Source: Myxococcota bacterium
Lineage (GTDB): Bacteria; Myxococcota_C; UBA6777
Length of the DNA stretch: 43,436 nucleotides
Direction of reading: 5' to 3'
Assembly (NCBI GenBank): GCA_023150835.1
Contig: JAKLKB010000047.1
Coordinates: forward strand, 1-43,436
Shown: piece after piece, positions 11,206 through 20,575 of the stretch
Layout of the letters: each line of letters begins with the position of its first letter
Position numbering within the stretch: the first letter of the stretch is position 1
The notes under the pieces: generated by a model
What the model was told of the DNA's origin: nothing
Database searches by the model: none
Seen by the model: only the letters and a program-made list of their open reading frames with translations
Program-made: the position numbers and the translations under genes

Positions 11206-11769
11206 TTGCAAGGTCACGATGAAAAGACGCTGCTTGCGAAGGCAAAGTCCGGTGATGAGCAAGCGTTTATGGCCCTCTATCAGAAGTATTATTCGACGGT
11301 CTATCGTTTTTGTCAGACCTTTGGTGGGATCGATCGAGACATCGCGAAGGATATCTTGCAAGAGTCCTTTGTTCGGGCGTTTCGTCACCTCGGCAAGTTG
11401 CGCGAAGGGCAAAAGTTTCTTTCGTGGCTATTGACGATCACACGCAACCGTTGCCTGAGCCACCTCAGCAAAGAGGAAAACTTTGGCAAAAAACATTCGG
11501 CGTGGAGTCTCGAAACGGAACTTTTTTCCGTACCCGATAACTTGGAGCAGATCGAGACAGAGCGTCAGATCGCTTTGGTTCACCAGATCATCGACGATCT
11601 GCCGAGCGGTGGAATGAAAGACTGTGTACGAGCCTTTTATATAGAAGGATTGAGCACCTCAGATATCGCGCAACGCCTCGATATCCCCAAAAGCACCGTG
11701 ACCACGCGCCTTGATCGCTTTCGCAACCGCATACGCAAGCGCCTATTGGCCCGTCTGATGGAGCTTTAA
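11206..11769 (+). CDS. ECF-type RNA polymerase sigma factor
   Basis: 187 aa. Region 2 (AFMALYQKY..DILQESFVRAF..FLSWLLTITRNRCL) and region 4 HTH (EGLSTSDIAQRLDIPKSTVTTRL). TTG start preceded by GAGGAG/AAGGA. Confidence 0.95.
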   Translation: MQGHDEKTLLAKAKSGDEQAFMALYQKYYSTVYRFCQTFGGIDRDIAKDILQESFVRAFRHLGKLREGQKFLSWLLTITRNRCLSHLSKEENFGKKHSAWSLETELFSVPDNLEQIETERQIALVHQIIDDLPSGGMKDCVRAFYIEGLSTSDIAQRLDIPKSTVTTRLDRFRNRIRKRLLARLMEL

Positions 11770-11915
11770 GATCTCCTCACTTCCGAATCAACTGCGCCAC
11801 TCCTCTCTCAAAAAGCGTTGTGCCTTCTGCTGTTTTGGTATGTTTTTGAAAGAAATCCTGCGCAAGCAGACAACACATCGAGAGAACACAAAACACTCGA
11901 CTTGAGCGAAAAAAC

Positions 11916-12977
11916 ATGAAGACCACACCCTTCGCGACCCATACCCTCGATGCCGAGATGATCGCGCAGATCTATCGCGGCGAGATATCCCACCAACACG
12001 CGCCTGATCTGTATGCGGCCTTGCACACAGAAGATGACGCTTTCGATCCTTTCCAAGCCTTTCACGCCCCCAACGAACCTCTCGAACTCGACGCTCAAGA
12101 AAGCGAAGCGATCCTTCGCTCGATCTTGCAACAGACTTCGCTTGTTTCTTCGCACTCCACTTCCGCCGCAGATGCGCCTTTTTCTGCCACAGACGCACTT
12201 CGCTCTGCCGCACCTTTGGCCGAAACGCGCCGAAATCAACATACGCGAACGTCTGATCCCTCGAAACCATCGCTGCTGCGCGATCTTTGGCAAAATTTTC
12301 GTCGCGCTTGGTTGGCTCCCCTTGCTGTGGGCATGGCTGCCGTGCTGATCTTCCCCGTTATCTCGACCATTTCGCCATCTTCGCCATCTTCGCCATCTTC
12401 GCCATCTTCGCCATCTTCGCCATCTTCGCCATCTTCGCCATCTTCAAAGACCCCGATCGCTGTTCCCAACCAGCCCTTGCCGCGTGTGATCTCGCCGACA
12501 ACACCGCGCTTGGCTGTTCCCGATATCCTGCACAAGGGAGATCGCGATCGCCTCGCTTTTTTTGCCGTCGATCTTTACCCTGCTGCTGTGCGCGCCCAAG
12601 ATCCCAAAAAAGCCCATCCCTTCCGCAACAACGCAACCCTTCATCCCGAAGATGCTCTGCTCTTTCACTTCGTCAACCTTCGGCGCGGGTATCTGTACCT
12701 TTTGCGCGAAGACGCGCTGGGTCGTTTTGAAACGCTCTATCCCTTCGATCCAAAACACGCAATCCCCCAATCTCCCGGCAAGATCACCCTTAAACAAGCC
12801 GAACAACCCATGGTCTACGTCCTTGAACCCAAGATGATCGGACGCCAACGCTTTTGGCTGCTTCATTCGCCCACCCCCCAAACCTTCCCCCAAGAACGCA
12901 ATGCCCTCTCTCCCGCCTTGCGTAAGCTTTTCCTATATGCCGATCACATCACGTTGTTTGTGCGCCAACGCGAATAG
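11916..12977 (+). CDS. Putative membrane anti-sigma factor with a C-terminal DUF4384-like domain
   Basis: Directly downstream of the ECF gene. Single TM (WLAPLAVGMAAVLIF), an SPS linker, then TLHPEDALLFHF..GYLYLL..G..ETLYP, a DUF4384-like pattern. Confidence 0.7.
   Translation: MKTTPFATHTLDAEMIAQIYRGEISHQHAPDLYAALHTEDDAFDPFQAFHAPNEPLELDAQESEAILRSILQQTSLVSSHSTSAADAPFSATDALRSAAPLAETRRNQHTRTSDPSKPSLLRDLWQNFRRAWLAPLAVGMAAVLIFPVISTISPSSPSSPSSPSSPSSPSSPSSPSSKTPIAVPNQPLPRVISPTTPRLAVPDILHKGDRDRLAFFAVDLYPAAVRAQDPKKAHPFRNNATLHPEDALLFHFVNLRRGYLYLLREDALGRFETLYPFDPKHAIPQSPGKITLKQAEQPMVYVLEPKMIGRQRFWLLHSPTPQTFPQERNALSPALRKLFLYADHITLFVRQRE
12372..12445. repeat. 9-bp microsatellite (TCGCCATCT)x8 encoding an SPS linker
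   Basis: Perfect in-frame tandem repeat just after the TM segment. Confidence 0.95.
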
Positions 12978-13177
12978 TTCGCTGCCTTTTGCGCTCCACT
13001 TCCCCTTGTCTCCCCCTCCCTCTCCAAACAAAACGAATTGCGCAACGTTTTATAGATCTTGAAGATCATCCTTCGTGTGTGTACTATCCAAGGCTGTGTG
13101 CTGTAATGTGTTGCGCAAAGATTTGTTGTGTGTTTGTTTTTTGATACGTTGTGGAGTTTGCCGTGTATCCGCCACAG

Positions 13178-14839
13178 ATGACCTTTTTGGCCTTCTGGGG
13201 GAAGCCGATGGCGCTGTTGTCAGCGCTGTTGTTGGCTGGTTGTGCATCTTCACGCGCTGTCTCGACGGAAAAGGGCTTTCGCCCACTCGCCTCTCTCCAA
13301 ACTGCCGCTGTTTTGCCCAAAAAAGGAAAAAAGATCGCCCTCTTGATCGGCGTGAATCGCTATCAAGATCGCGCATGGCATCCGTTGCGTTTTGCCGCCA
13401 AAGATGCTGCGGATCTCGCCGAAGTGCTCCGCAACCCCAAAACAGGGGGCTTTGATCAAGTCCTGCTACTCGCTGATCCCACCGCCACCACAAGAAAAGG
13501 CATCTTGCGCGCCTTTGAACGTCTGCGCCAACTGAACACCCATCCGCACGATACGCTCTTTGTGTACATCTCGGGGCATGGCACGCTTGCACGCGATCCC
13601 CAACACTCCTTGCGCCGCTACCTCGTCACGTATGACACCCAACAGCGCGATATCCACAAAAGCGCCCTCTCCATCGCACGCCTCCGCCATCACTTTGCCC
13701 AACTCAAAAGCGAGCGAAAAGTGATGTTGCTCGCCACCTGCCACTCTGGAACAGGAAAAAGCCGCCTCAATCAAACCATGCTTGCAGAACTCAAAACCAT
13801 CAAAGGCGCTTTTTTTACCCAACCGATCGAGGATTCCTCACGCGCAACCATCTTCCTCGCCGTCTGCGCTTTTGGTGAAACAGCCCGTGAATCCGCTGAA
13901 CTTCAAAACGATATCTATACTCACTACTTCATCAAAGCCCTCAAACACCGCTATGATGCCAACGGGGACGGAGCCGTCACCGTCTCCGAAGCCCACGATT
14001 ATGCCCGTGAGATGACCTACTTTCACACCAAAGGCGCACAACGCGCCTACGCAGAGTCCGATATCCTTGGCACCGATCCGATCGTCTTGTCCGGTCAAAA
14101 AAAACGCAACGGAAAGCCCGTTCTATACGCTTATGACAACCACTTCCAAGGCGTCGAAGTCCAGATTAACGGCATCCCACGCGGCTCCTTCCCAAAAGGC
14201 ATCCCTGTTCAAATGGGCCGACAACAGATCACCCTCAAAACAGGCGAACACAAACTGTTCGAAGGGATGGTCGTGTTCCAAGACGGCGAACGCATGGACG
14301 CCAAAGAGCTTTTTGAGCGCCGTGATTATCGCTTTGCCATCGCACTCAAGGCGGGTTATCAGTTCTTTCTCCAAGGCTCCTCCGCCGATATCCTCTCGCG
14401 TGAACTTCCGCTGTTTGGCGTTGAACTCAAACTACAACGCCCTTGGTCTGATCTCCCCATCGATTTCCGCTTTGAATTCGCCTTCTCCCGCAACAGTCAC
14501 AAACTTCTCGAACAGGACAACCGACCGCAAACCGTCACCGAATTCAACGTGGCCATCGCTGCGACCTATGTGTGGAAGATCCAATGGTTTTCGCTGTTTG
14601 TGGGGCCGCGTTTGAGTGCGATCTACCTTGAACGCCAATCCGATATCCACAAACAGATCAATGACTTCTTTTTCTCTTTTCAGCCCGGCTTGGTGCTTGG
14701 GGCAGAAGCGCTGCTTTTAGAAAGATGGAGTCTTTTCGCCGAGGGGCGGGTCAACTACACGTACGTGGCGACAGAGTCCGGCCCCGCACGACACCAAGGC
14801 TCTTATGAGTTCTTGGGCGGCGTTTTTGTGCATTTCTGA
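13178..14839 (+). CDS. Caspase-family (peptidase C14) lipoprotein with a PEGA-like domain and a C-terminal outer-membrane beta-barrel; start uncertain (13151/13178/13208)
   Basis: Lipobox LLAGC; KIALLIGVNRY, LRFAAKDA, YISGHG (His) and LATCHSG (Cys); DANGDGAVTVSE; PEGA-like VEVQING..RG..P; amphipathic strands ending GGVFVHF. Confidence 0.9.
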   Translation: MTFLAFWGKPMALLSALLLAGCASSRAVSTEKGFRPLASLQTAAVLPKKGKKIALLIGVNRYQDRAWHPLRFAAKDAADLAEVLRNPKTGGFDQVLLLADPTATTRKGILRAFERLRQLNTHPHDTLFVYISGHGTLARDPQHSLRRYLVTYDTQQRDIHKSALSIARLRHHFAQLKSERKVMLLATCHSGTGKSRLNQTMLAELKTIKGAFFTQPIEDSSRATIFLAVCAFGETARESAELQNDIYTHYFIKALKHRYDANGDGAVTVSEAHDYAREMTYFHTKGAQRAYAESDILGTDPIVLSGQKKRNGKPVLYAYDNHFQGVEVQINGIPRGSFPKGIPVQMGRQQITLKTGEHKLFEGMVVFQDGERMDAKELFERRDYRFAIALKAGYQFFLQGSSADILSRELPLFGVELKLQRPWSDLPIDFRFEFAFSRNSHKLLEQDNRPQTVTEFNVAIAATYVWKIQWFSLFVGPRLSAIYLERQSDIHKQINDFFFSFQPGLVLGAEALLLERWSLFAEGRVNYTYVATESGPARHQGSYEFLGGVFVHF

Positions 14840-14938
14840 TCCCTTTGCACTCGGCTGTTCTGTTGCTGTTTGGCTGCTGCGCTGCCCGTGTCGCGTGAGC
14901 GAAAAGCCCCATTGACCGAAGCCAACGAAGGAAGAAGT

Positions 14939-17848
14939 ATGCACCGTCATCTTCGCCGACACAGACGCCCTTCGTTCCGCACTGGAACACTGATCTTTTT
15001 TGCGCTTGTCCTGTCTTTTCTGGGTGCTTGCGGTACGATCTCCAACGATCGCTTTTTTGCGGGCCTTGGTCACTTGCGTGGGACGTTGCTCTTGCCAAGC
15101 GGTGAGCCCGCCCGATTCGCTCACATCGAAGTCGTCAATCTCCCTCAACTTACCGCCCAAACCGATGCCCAAGGCGACTTTCTGTTGTCCTCCGTCCCTG
15201 CGGGAAAACGCGATATCCTGTTTCGCCTAGGCGAAGAATTCGGCCTTCGCCTTCAACTCTGGATCGTTCGCGATCACACCCTTTCGCTTGAAACTCCGCA
15301 GCGCACGTTGCTGCCTTCTGCGATCCTCGAAGGCTCCGTCCAAGCGGCCCCTCGCTTCGGCGCAAAAAACATCCAGATCGCCCTCAAAGGTACTTCTCTC
15401 TCCACCCTCACCCTCGATCCACAAGGAACCTTTCGGATGCGTGGCATCCCTCCCTTGCTTCCGAACAATACAACGGCTTGCCACTCTTTCTCTATCCAAA
15501 CCGCCGCCTTTCATCCCTCTCGTCTCGATGATATCTGCCCACAGCCCGGACAGATCATCCGCCTTGAGCAACCCGTCCGACTCCAACCCCAACGCGCTTG
15601 TTTGGCCCAATCTTGCGCCCAAGACGAGATCTGCGAAGCTGGATTCTGTGTCCCTGACAACGGCGGCTCTCTCAAGATCCTCACGCCTTCCCTCCAATTT
15701 CCCACCCTCGCCTACGCTGGCGAACAACGCCAAGAACGCGAACTCCTTCAAAATACCGGCCTCGGCCCCTTGTTGATCGAATCGATCTCCCTCCACGATC
15801 CCGAACACACCTTCTCTTTGGAAGGACTTCCCTCGTTGCCTTTTCGCCTTGCTCCACAAGAAAGTCTGCGAGCCACCGTGCGCTTCTCTGTGGACTCAAA
15901 GATCCCGATGTTTGGGCTTTATCAAGCAAAGATCAGCATCTCTGCCCGTCATGAAGGCCAAGGCAAGCTGTTTTCGATCCCGCTCTCGGGCATGGTGATC
16001 GGCCAAAATGCGCCGCTTTCGCAGTGCATCCAAACCAAGATCACCGAACCCACTACCCCACCACCCCAACCCGGCACGCCTTCGGGGCTGTACGACGTCG
16101 ATCTCACCAACACATGCGACCAAGAAGTGATCCTCTCTGATATCACGGGAACTTCGCCTGTCCAAGCCTTGCTCGCCGCCGATCAACCCCAACGCTGGTT
16201 GACTTCTCTTCAACATCTCCCTTTGCGCCTTGCATCGGGCGCGACCGCTCGCGTTCAATTTCAATGGATGCCCGGCCATTACGGAACCTTCCAAGGCGAA
16301 GCCTTGCTTCGCTTTCAAAAATCCGATCAATCCGATACTTTTGTGGCCAAGTTTGCTCTTCAAGCCGAACTGCGGCCCCCCAGCGTTATCCTCCCCCACG
16401 ATATCATCTCGCTCGGACATCTTGGGCCGGGTGATACCCGTTACGCTTTTTTGCCGATCACTCTCTCCGAAGCCAAACGCTCCCTCACCTACGCACAAGT
16501 CGATATCCTCACGGCTTTTGGAGGCCGCGCAACCCAGTTTCGCACTGAGCCTTTTGTCCCTCGGCTTGAGCAACAAAGCCACCAACATATCCTGACCTTC
16601 GTCTATACTGCCCCTTCACTCCAAGGGCGCGATGAAGCGTGGCTGCTTTTGCGTGGTCTCTCCGACCTCGGCGGATATCCTTACGCCGTCCAAATACAGG
16701 CCCAGATCACCCAACAACCTCTCCCACAGATCGCCCCCCGCCAACACATCGCCGCGACGTATGCTTGTGCTTCTCCTGAAACGCCCCTCTTGCTTTCCAA
16801 TCCCTCCGATACACCGCTCACCCTTCGCCAGATCTCCTTGCCGAACGCACCCACCAATGACTTCGTTTTGCGCTTGCCCACACTTCCCCTGACTCTTCCA
16901 CCCAAAGAGTCGCGCACCGTGGCGTGGGTGCGCTTTACTCCCCCTTCCCTCGGCAATCTTCAAGCCTTCCGCAGTTTCGCCACCCTTCAACTTGATGGCT
17001 TCGATGCACAACGATCGCCGTTTTCTTTGCGCTCTACCCTCCAAGCCTCTTCAGGGTTCCCCGCGCTGCGCACCTACCCGATGCGAAAGCTCCAAGATGC
17101 CCATGTGGTGGTCTATATCGACCCCTCGATCGAGACGCTCACAGCCTCTTTCGATCTCAAACAACGCCTGCTTGAACTCTTTTCTCAACTCAAACAAGAA
17201 GGCGTCACCTTGCGCTTTTATCGCGCTTCGCTCCAAGCGCCCCAAGCACTCGCCAGTTATGAACAGCTTTGGCTCATCGATCGCGATATCCGTTCCCAAG
17301 GACTGGCCGCCCTTTCCAAAACCCTGTCCTCTTTGCGCGATGCCGATATCCAAACCTATGGTGCCGCGAGACCAGCCCTCGCACTCGTTGTATCGGCCCG
17401 AGACGATGCCTCTGCTTTCTCCATTCAACGCTATCTCCCCCCCGCTCAAGAGGATCCCTCGTGGCTGCTGTTTTCGGCGATCCCCTCCCAAACCTGTTCC
17501 TCTCAACTTTCCGCTTCAACGCGCTATCTCGAAAGTACATACGCAGGAAGCGGCCTTGCCTTCGACCTTTGTGCGATGCTTCAACCGCGTGGCTTGCTCA
17601 TCCTCAATTCTTGGATCGCAGAGATCAAAGCGGCTTTTCTTGGCCAGCGCACTCGCTTTCATCTCCACCAAACACCCGACCTCAGCACGCTCTCTCTCAA
17701 ATACGCCGAGGCTCTTCTTACGCAAAACCTCCAATGGTCCTTCGATCCCACCCTTGCCCAGATATCCCTGTCTTCTGTTCTTCCTCTCCACCCCGAACAT
17801 CCATCCCTTGAAGCCTCCTTTTTTACGCCCTGCGCCCCCTTGCCCTAA
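14939..17848 (+). CDS. Large lipoprotein with carboxypeptidase-regulatory-like and Ig-like (choice-of-anchor D/ASH-like) domains and a degenerate vWA-like C-terminus
   Basis: Basic N-region plus LGAC lipobox; TDAQGDFLLSSVPAG; Cys-rich CLAQSCAQDEICEAGFC; repeated LxNxxxxPLxI..LPxxLAP..VxF motifs; VVVYIDPS..LALVVS..TRYL..DLC. Confidence 0.75.
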   Translation: MHRHLRRHRRPSFRTGTLIFFALVLSFLGACGTISNDRFFAGLGHLRGTLLLPSGEPARFAHIEVVNLPQLTAQTDAQGDFLLSSVPAGKRDILFRLGEEFGLRLQLWIVRDHTLSLETPQRTLLPSAILEGSVQAAPRFGAKNIQIALKGTSLSTLTLDPQGTFRMRGIPPLLPNNTTACHSFSIQTAAFHPSRLDDICPQPGQIIRLEQPVRLQPQRACLAQSCAQDEICEAGFCVPDNGGSLKILTPSLQFPTLAYAGEQRQERELLQNTGLGPLLIESISLHDPEHTFSLEGLPSLPFRLAPQESLRATVRFSVDSKIPMFGLYQAKISISARHEGQGKLFSIPLSGMVIGQNAPLSQCIQTKITEPTTPPPQPGTPSGLYDVDLTNTCDQEVILSDITGTSPVQALLAADQPQRWLTSLQHLPLRLASGATARVQFQWMPGHYGTFQGEALLRFQKSDQSDTFVAKFALQAELRPPSVILPHDIISLGHLGPGDTRYAFLPITLSEAKRSLTYAQVDILTAFGGRATQFRTEPFVPRLEQQSHQHILTFVYTAPSLQGRDEAWLLLRGLSDLGGYPYAVQIQAQITQQPLPQIAPRQHIAATYACASPETPLLLSNPSDTPLTLRQISLPNAPTNDFVLRLPTLPLTLPPKESRTVAWVRFTPPSLGNLQAFRSFATLQLDGFDAQRSPFSLRSTLQASSGFPALRTYPMRKLQDAHVVVYIDPSIETLTASFDLKQRLLELFSQLKQEGVTLRFYRASLQAPQALASYEQLWLIDRDIRSQGLAALSKTLSSLRDADIQTYGAARPALALVVSARDDASAFSIQRYLPPAQEDPSWLLFSAIPSQTCSSQLSASTRYLESTYAGSGLAFDLCAMLQPRGLLILNSWIAEIKAAFLGQRTRFHLHQTPDLSTLSLKYAEALLTQNLQWSFDPTLAQISLSSVLPLHPEHPSLEASFFTPCAPLP

Positions 17849-17920
17849 ACCCGCCTTCCAGATATATCAGACCGCACAAATCGCTCGTTTCTCTCGATCT
17901 CCTGCCGCGACGAGGTTGAT

Positions 17921-18838
17921 ATGCCCAAGCACTTTCGCAAAGTTACGGACCTGACGATCCCCGCCCTCCATGAACTCTTTGACCTCACCCGCGAAGTCAA
18001 GCGCCATCCCGAGCGCTTTGTGCGCGCTCTTGAAGGGCGCACGCTGGCGATGATCTTTGAAAAGCCATCGTTGCGTACTCGCGTAACTTTTCAAACAGGC
18101 ATCTTTCAAATGGGCGGACAAGCGATCTACCTCGGCCCAACAGATATCCAACTCGGAAAACGCGAAAGCCTCTATGATATCGCCTCCAACTTGTCGCGAT
18201 GGGTGGATGCTGTGATGATCCGCACCTTCGGCCACCATCTGATCGACGGGATGGCCGAAGCCAGCAGCGTCCCCGTGATCAACGGACTGAGTGATCGCTT
18301 TCATCCTTGCCAAGCTATCGCAGACTTCTTCACCCTCCAAGAGCGACTCGGCCCGCTCCAAGGCAAGACGCTTGCGTGGGTCGGAGATGGCAACAATGTT
18401 CTTCACTCGCTTGCGTTATGCGCCGCGATGCTTGGGGTTCATCTGCGTTATGCCACACCTCCTGCCCACACACCCGAGGCGGAGGTGATCGACGAAGCAC
18501 GCCAAATCGCCCAACAGACGGGCGCTTCGATCCATGCCTGCTTTGATCCCGCCGAAGCTGTCCAAGGCGCAGATGCTGTATACACCGATGTCTGGGCCAG
18601 TATGGGACAAGAAGCCGAAGCCGCACAGCGCAAGATTACTTTCGCTCATTACCAAGTCAACACCGAACTCATGCAAAAAGCCCGTCCTGACGCCTTTTTT
18701 ATGCACTGCCTTCCTGCACATCGCGGCGAAGAAGTCACCGATCAAGTGGTCGATGCCCCTTCCTCGATCGTCTTCGATCAGGCCGAAAATCGGCTGCATG
18801 CACAAAAAGCGTTGATGCTTACGTTGATGCGCCGCTAA
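17921..18838 (+). CDS. argF: Ornithine carbamoyltransferase
   Basis: FEKPSLRTR, HPCQ, GDGNNV, TDVWASMG, HCLPAHRGEE, DQAENRLH. Confidence 0.95.
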   Translation: MPKHFRKVTDLTIPALHELFDLTREVKRHPERFVRALEGRTLAMIFEKPSLRTRVTFQTGIFQMGGQAIYLGPTDIQLGKRESLYDIASNLSRWVDAVMIRTFGHHLIDGMAEASSVPVINGLSDRFHPCQAIADFFTLQERLGPLQGKTLAWVGDGNNVLHSLALCAAMLGVHLRYATPPAHTPEAEVIDEARQIAQQTGASIHACFDPAEAVQGADAVYTDVWASMGQEAEAAQRKITFAHYQVNTELMQKARPDAFFMHCLPAHRGEEVTDQVVDAPSSIVFDQAENRLHAQKALMLTLMRR

Positions 18839-18851
18839 GAAAGTTTCTTGG

Positions 18852-20498
18852 ATGACCCAACATACCGATACACCGGCCTTTTCTTCGAGCATCCCGCTTT
18901 CCATCCGTGACCCTCTCCACAAAAGCATCGAGCTGTCCGAGTCCGAGATGGCGATGCTGCGCGATCCTGCATACCAACGCCTTCGCGGTATCAAACAGAT
19001 CGGCTTCGCGGAGATCCCATACCCGGGCGCGACCCACACGCGCTACCTCCACAGCATCGGCGTGGGCGCAGTCGCAACGCGGATGTGGCGCTCTTTGCAA
19101 CGCTATCTCCCTCTCGATCCACAAGACGCTGCGCAGTTTTTGCGGATCGTCCGAGCGGCAGCGATGCTCCATGACGTCGGCCACGCTCCTCTCAGCCACA
19201 CCACCGAGTCCTTGATGCCCCCCCAAAAAGATCTCGCCCTTCCTTCGTGGCTTTCCGACCAAAGCCCCGAACGACAGGCCCATCACGAAGACTATTCACT
19301 CAAGATCATCCTCGATTCCCCGATCTCCCGCCACCTCGAAGCCATGGATGTTTCCCCGCTGTCCGTCTCCCAATTGATTAGCGGCATCCGCCTCAAAGAG
19401 GACACCACCTTTCATCGCCAAGGTATCGATTTTTTCCCGATGATGCGCCAGATCATTAGCTCCGAGATCGATGCCGATCGCATGGATTACCTTTTGCGGG
19501 ATGCCTTCTATTGTGGCGTAGCCTACGGACAATTTGATCTCGATTGGCTGCTACAACACCTTACGCCCATCCTTCACAACCAAACAGCCTATCTTGGGCT
19601 GCGTTCGCGGGCGCTCTTCACTTTTGAAGACTTTCTGCTTTCTCGCTACCACATGTTCTTTTCGGTGTATTACCACCACGCCTCGATCTGCTACCAAGAG
19701 ATGCTCCAACGCTTCTTTCAAGAAGAACCCGACGCCTTCCCGCTCCCCGCAGATCTCGACGCCTACCTACGCACCGATGATGCCGAACTGATCACCGCCC
19801 TCCGGCGTTCGCACAACCCTTGGGCGCAGCGCATTACACAACATCGCCCGTATATCCGCTTGTTTGAGATCCTTTTGCCCTCAGAAAACCCATCCCTCGA
19901 TCCAAACGATCCCGATGGCCCGACCGATCCGAATCGTTCCCTTTCCTCTCTCTCCCTCCCCGATGCTCCTTACACCGCTGCTCTTGCCCTTTCCAACTCA
20001 CCACCGCACACAACGCCTGCTGCTCCCTCCGATGTCCCGCGCACGACGCCTGCTGCTCCCTCCGATGTCCCGCGCACGACGCCTGCTGCTCCCTCCGATG
20101 TCCCACACTCAGACGCCCATCATTCGGCTTTTTCCGCTTCTCCCGAACGCCCTCCCAGTCACATCCCCTCGATCCAGCTTTATTCCACCTTTCCAAAAGC
20201 CGATCCGCACACGCTTCTCCAAACCGTTGCTCTCGCTCTCCAAGAAGCGCAGATCCCCATCATGCAAGCCACTTCGCGTTGGGTACTTTCTCGCTATTTC
20301 CGCCAACCTCACAACTCCGAACCCCCGATCTACGTCCTTGATGACTCGCTTCAAGCCGCTCAACCCATCCAACAATACAGCCACCTTTATCGGCGCTACG
20401 CTCAAGCCCAGTCCTTGCGCCGTATCTACTGTCATCCCCGTCACTTCGAACAAGCGCAACGTATTCTCCAACACATCACCTCCGCGCCACGCCCCTAG
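18852..20498 (+). CDS. HD-superfamily phosphohydrolase (dNTPase/SAMHD1-like)
   Basis: RDPLH, QRLRGIKQIG..YPGATHTRYLHSIG, LHDVGHAPLSH, IDADRMDYLLRD, RYHMFFSVYYH. Confidence 0.92.
   Translation: MTQHTDTPAFSSSIPLSIRDPLHKSIELSESEMAMLRDPAYQRLRGIKQIGFAEIPYPGATHTRYLHSIGVGAVATRMWRSLQRYLPLDPQDAAQFLRIVRAAAMLHDVGHAPLSHTTESLMPPQKDLALPSWLSDQSPERQAHHEDYSLKIILDSPISRHLEAMDVSPLSVSQLISGIRLKEDTTFHRQGIDFFPMMRQIISSEIDADRMDYLLRDAFYCGVAYGQFDLDWLLQHLTPILHNQTAYLGLRSRALFTFEDFLLSRYHMFFSVYYHHASICYQEMLQRFFQEEPDAFPLPADLDAYLRTDDAELITALRRSHNPWAQRITQHRPYIRLFEILLPSENPSLDPNDPDGPTDPNRSLSSLSLPDAPYTAALALSNSPPHTTPAAPSDVPRTTPAAPSDVPRTTPAAPSDVPHSDAHHSAFSASPERPPSHIPSIQLYSTFPKADPHTLLQTVALALQEAQIPIMQATSRWVLSRYFRQPHNSEPPIYVLDDSLQAAQPIQQYSHLYRRYAQAQSLRRIYCHPRHFEQAQRILQHITSAPRP
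20009..20103. repeat. In-frame 36-bp repeat x~3 (TTPAAPSDVPR) in the HD protein
   Basis: ACGCCTGCTGCTCCCTCCGATGTCCC occurs three times. Confidence 0.9.
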
Positions 20499-20575
20499 CC
20501 AGCGCCTCTGTTCTTCCGCTATAACAAAACGGATTTTGCTGAGGACTTCCGCCGATCATCTGAGGGAGAGCATCG

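Noticed and set aside
17921-18838. SLRT instead of STRT, suggesting an acetyl- or succinyl-ornithine transcarbamylase
   Set aside because: The DxxxSMG ornithine-binding loop and HCLPAHRG are those of an ordinary OTCase.
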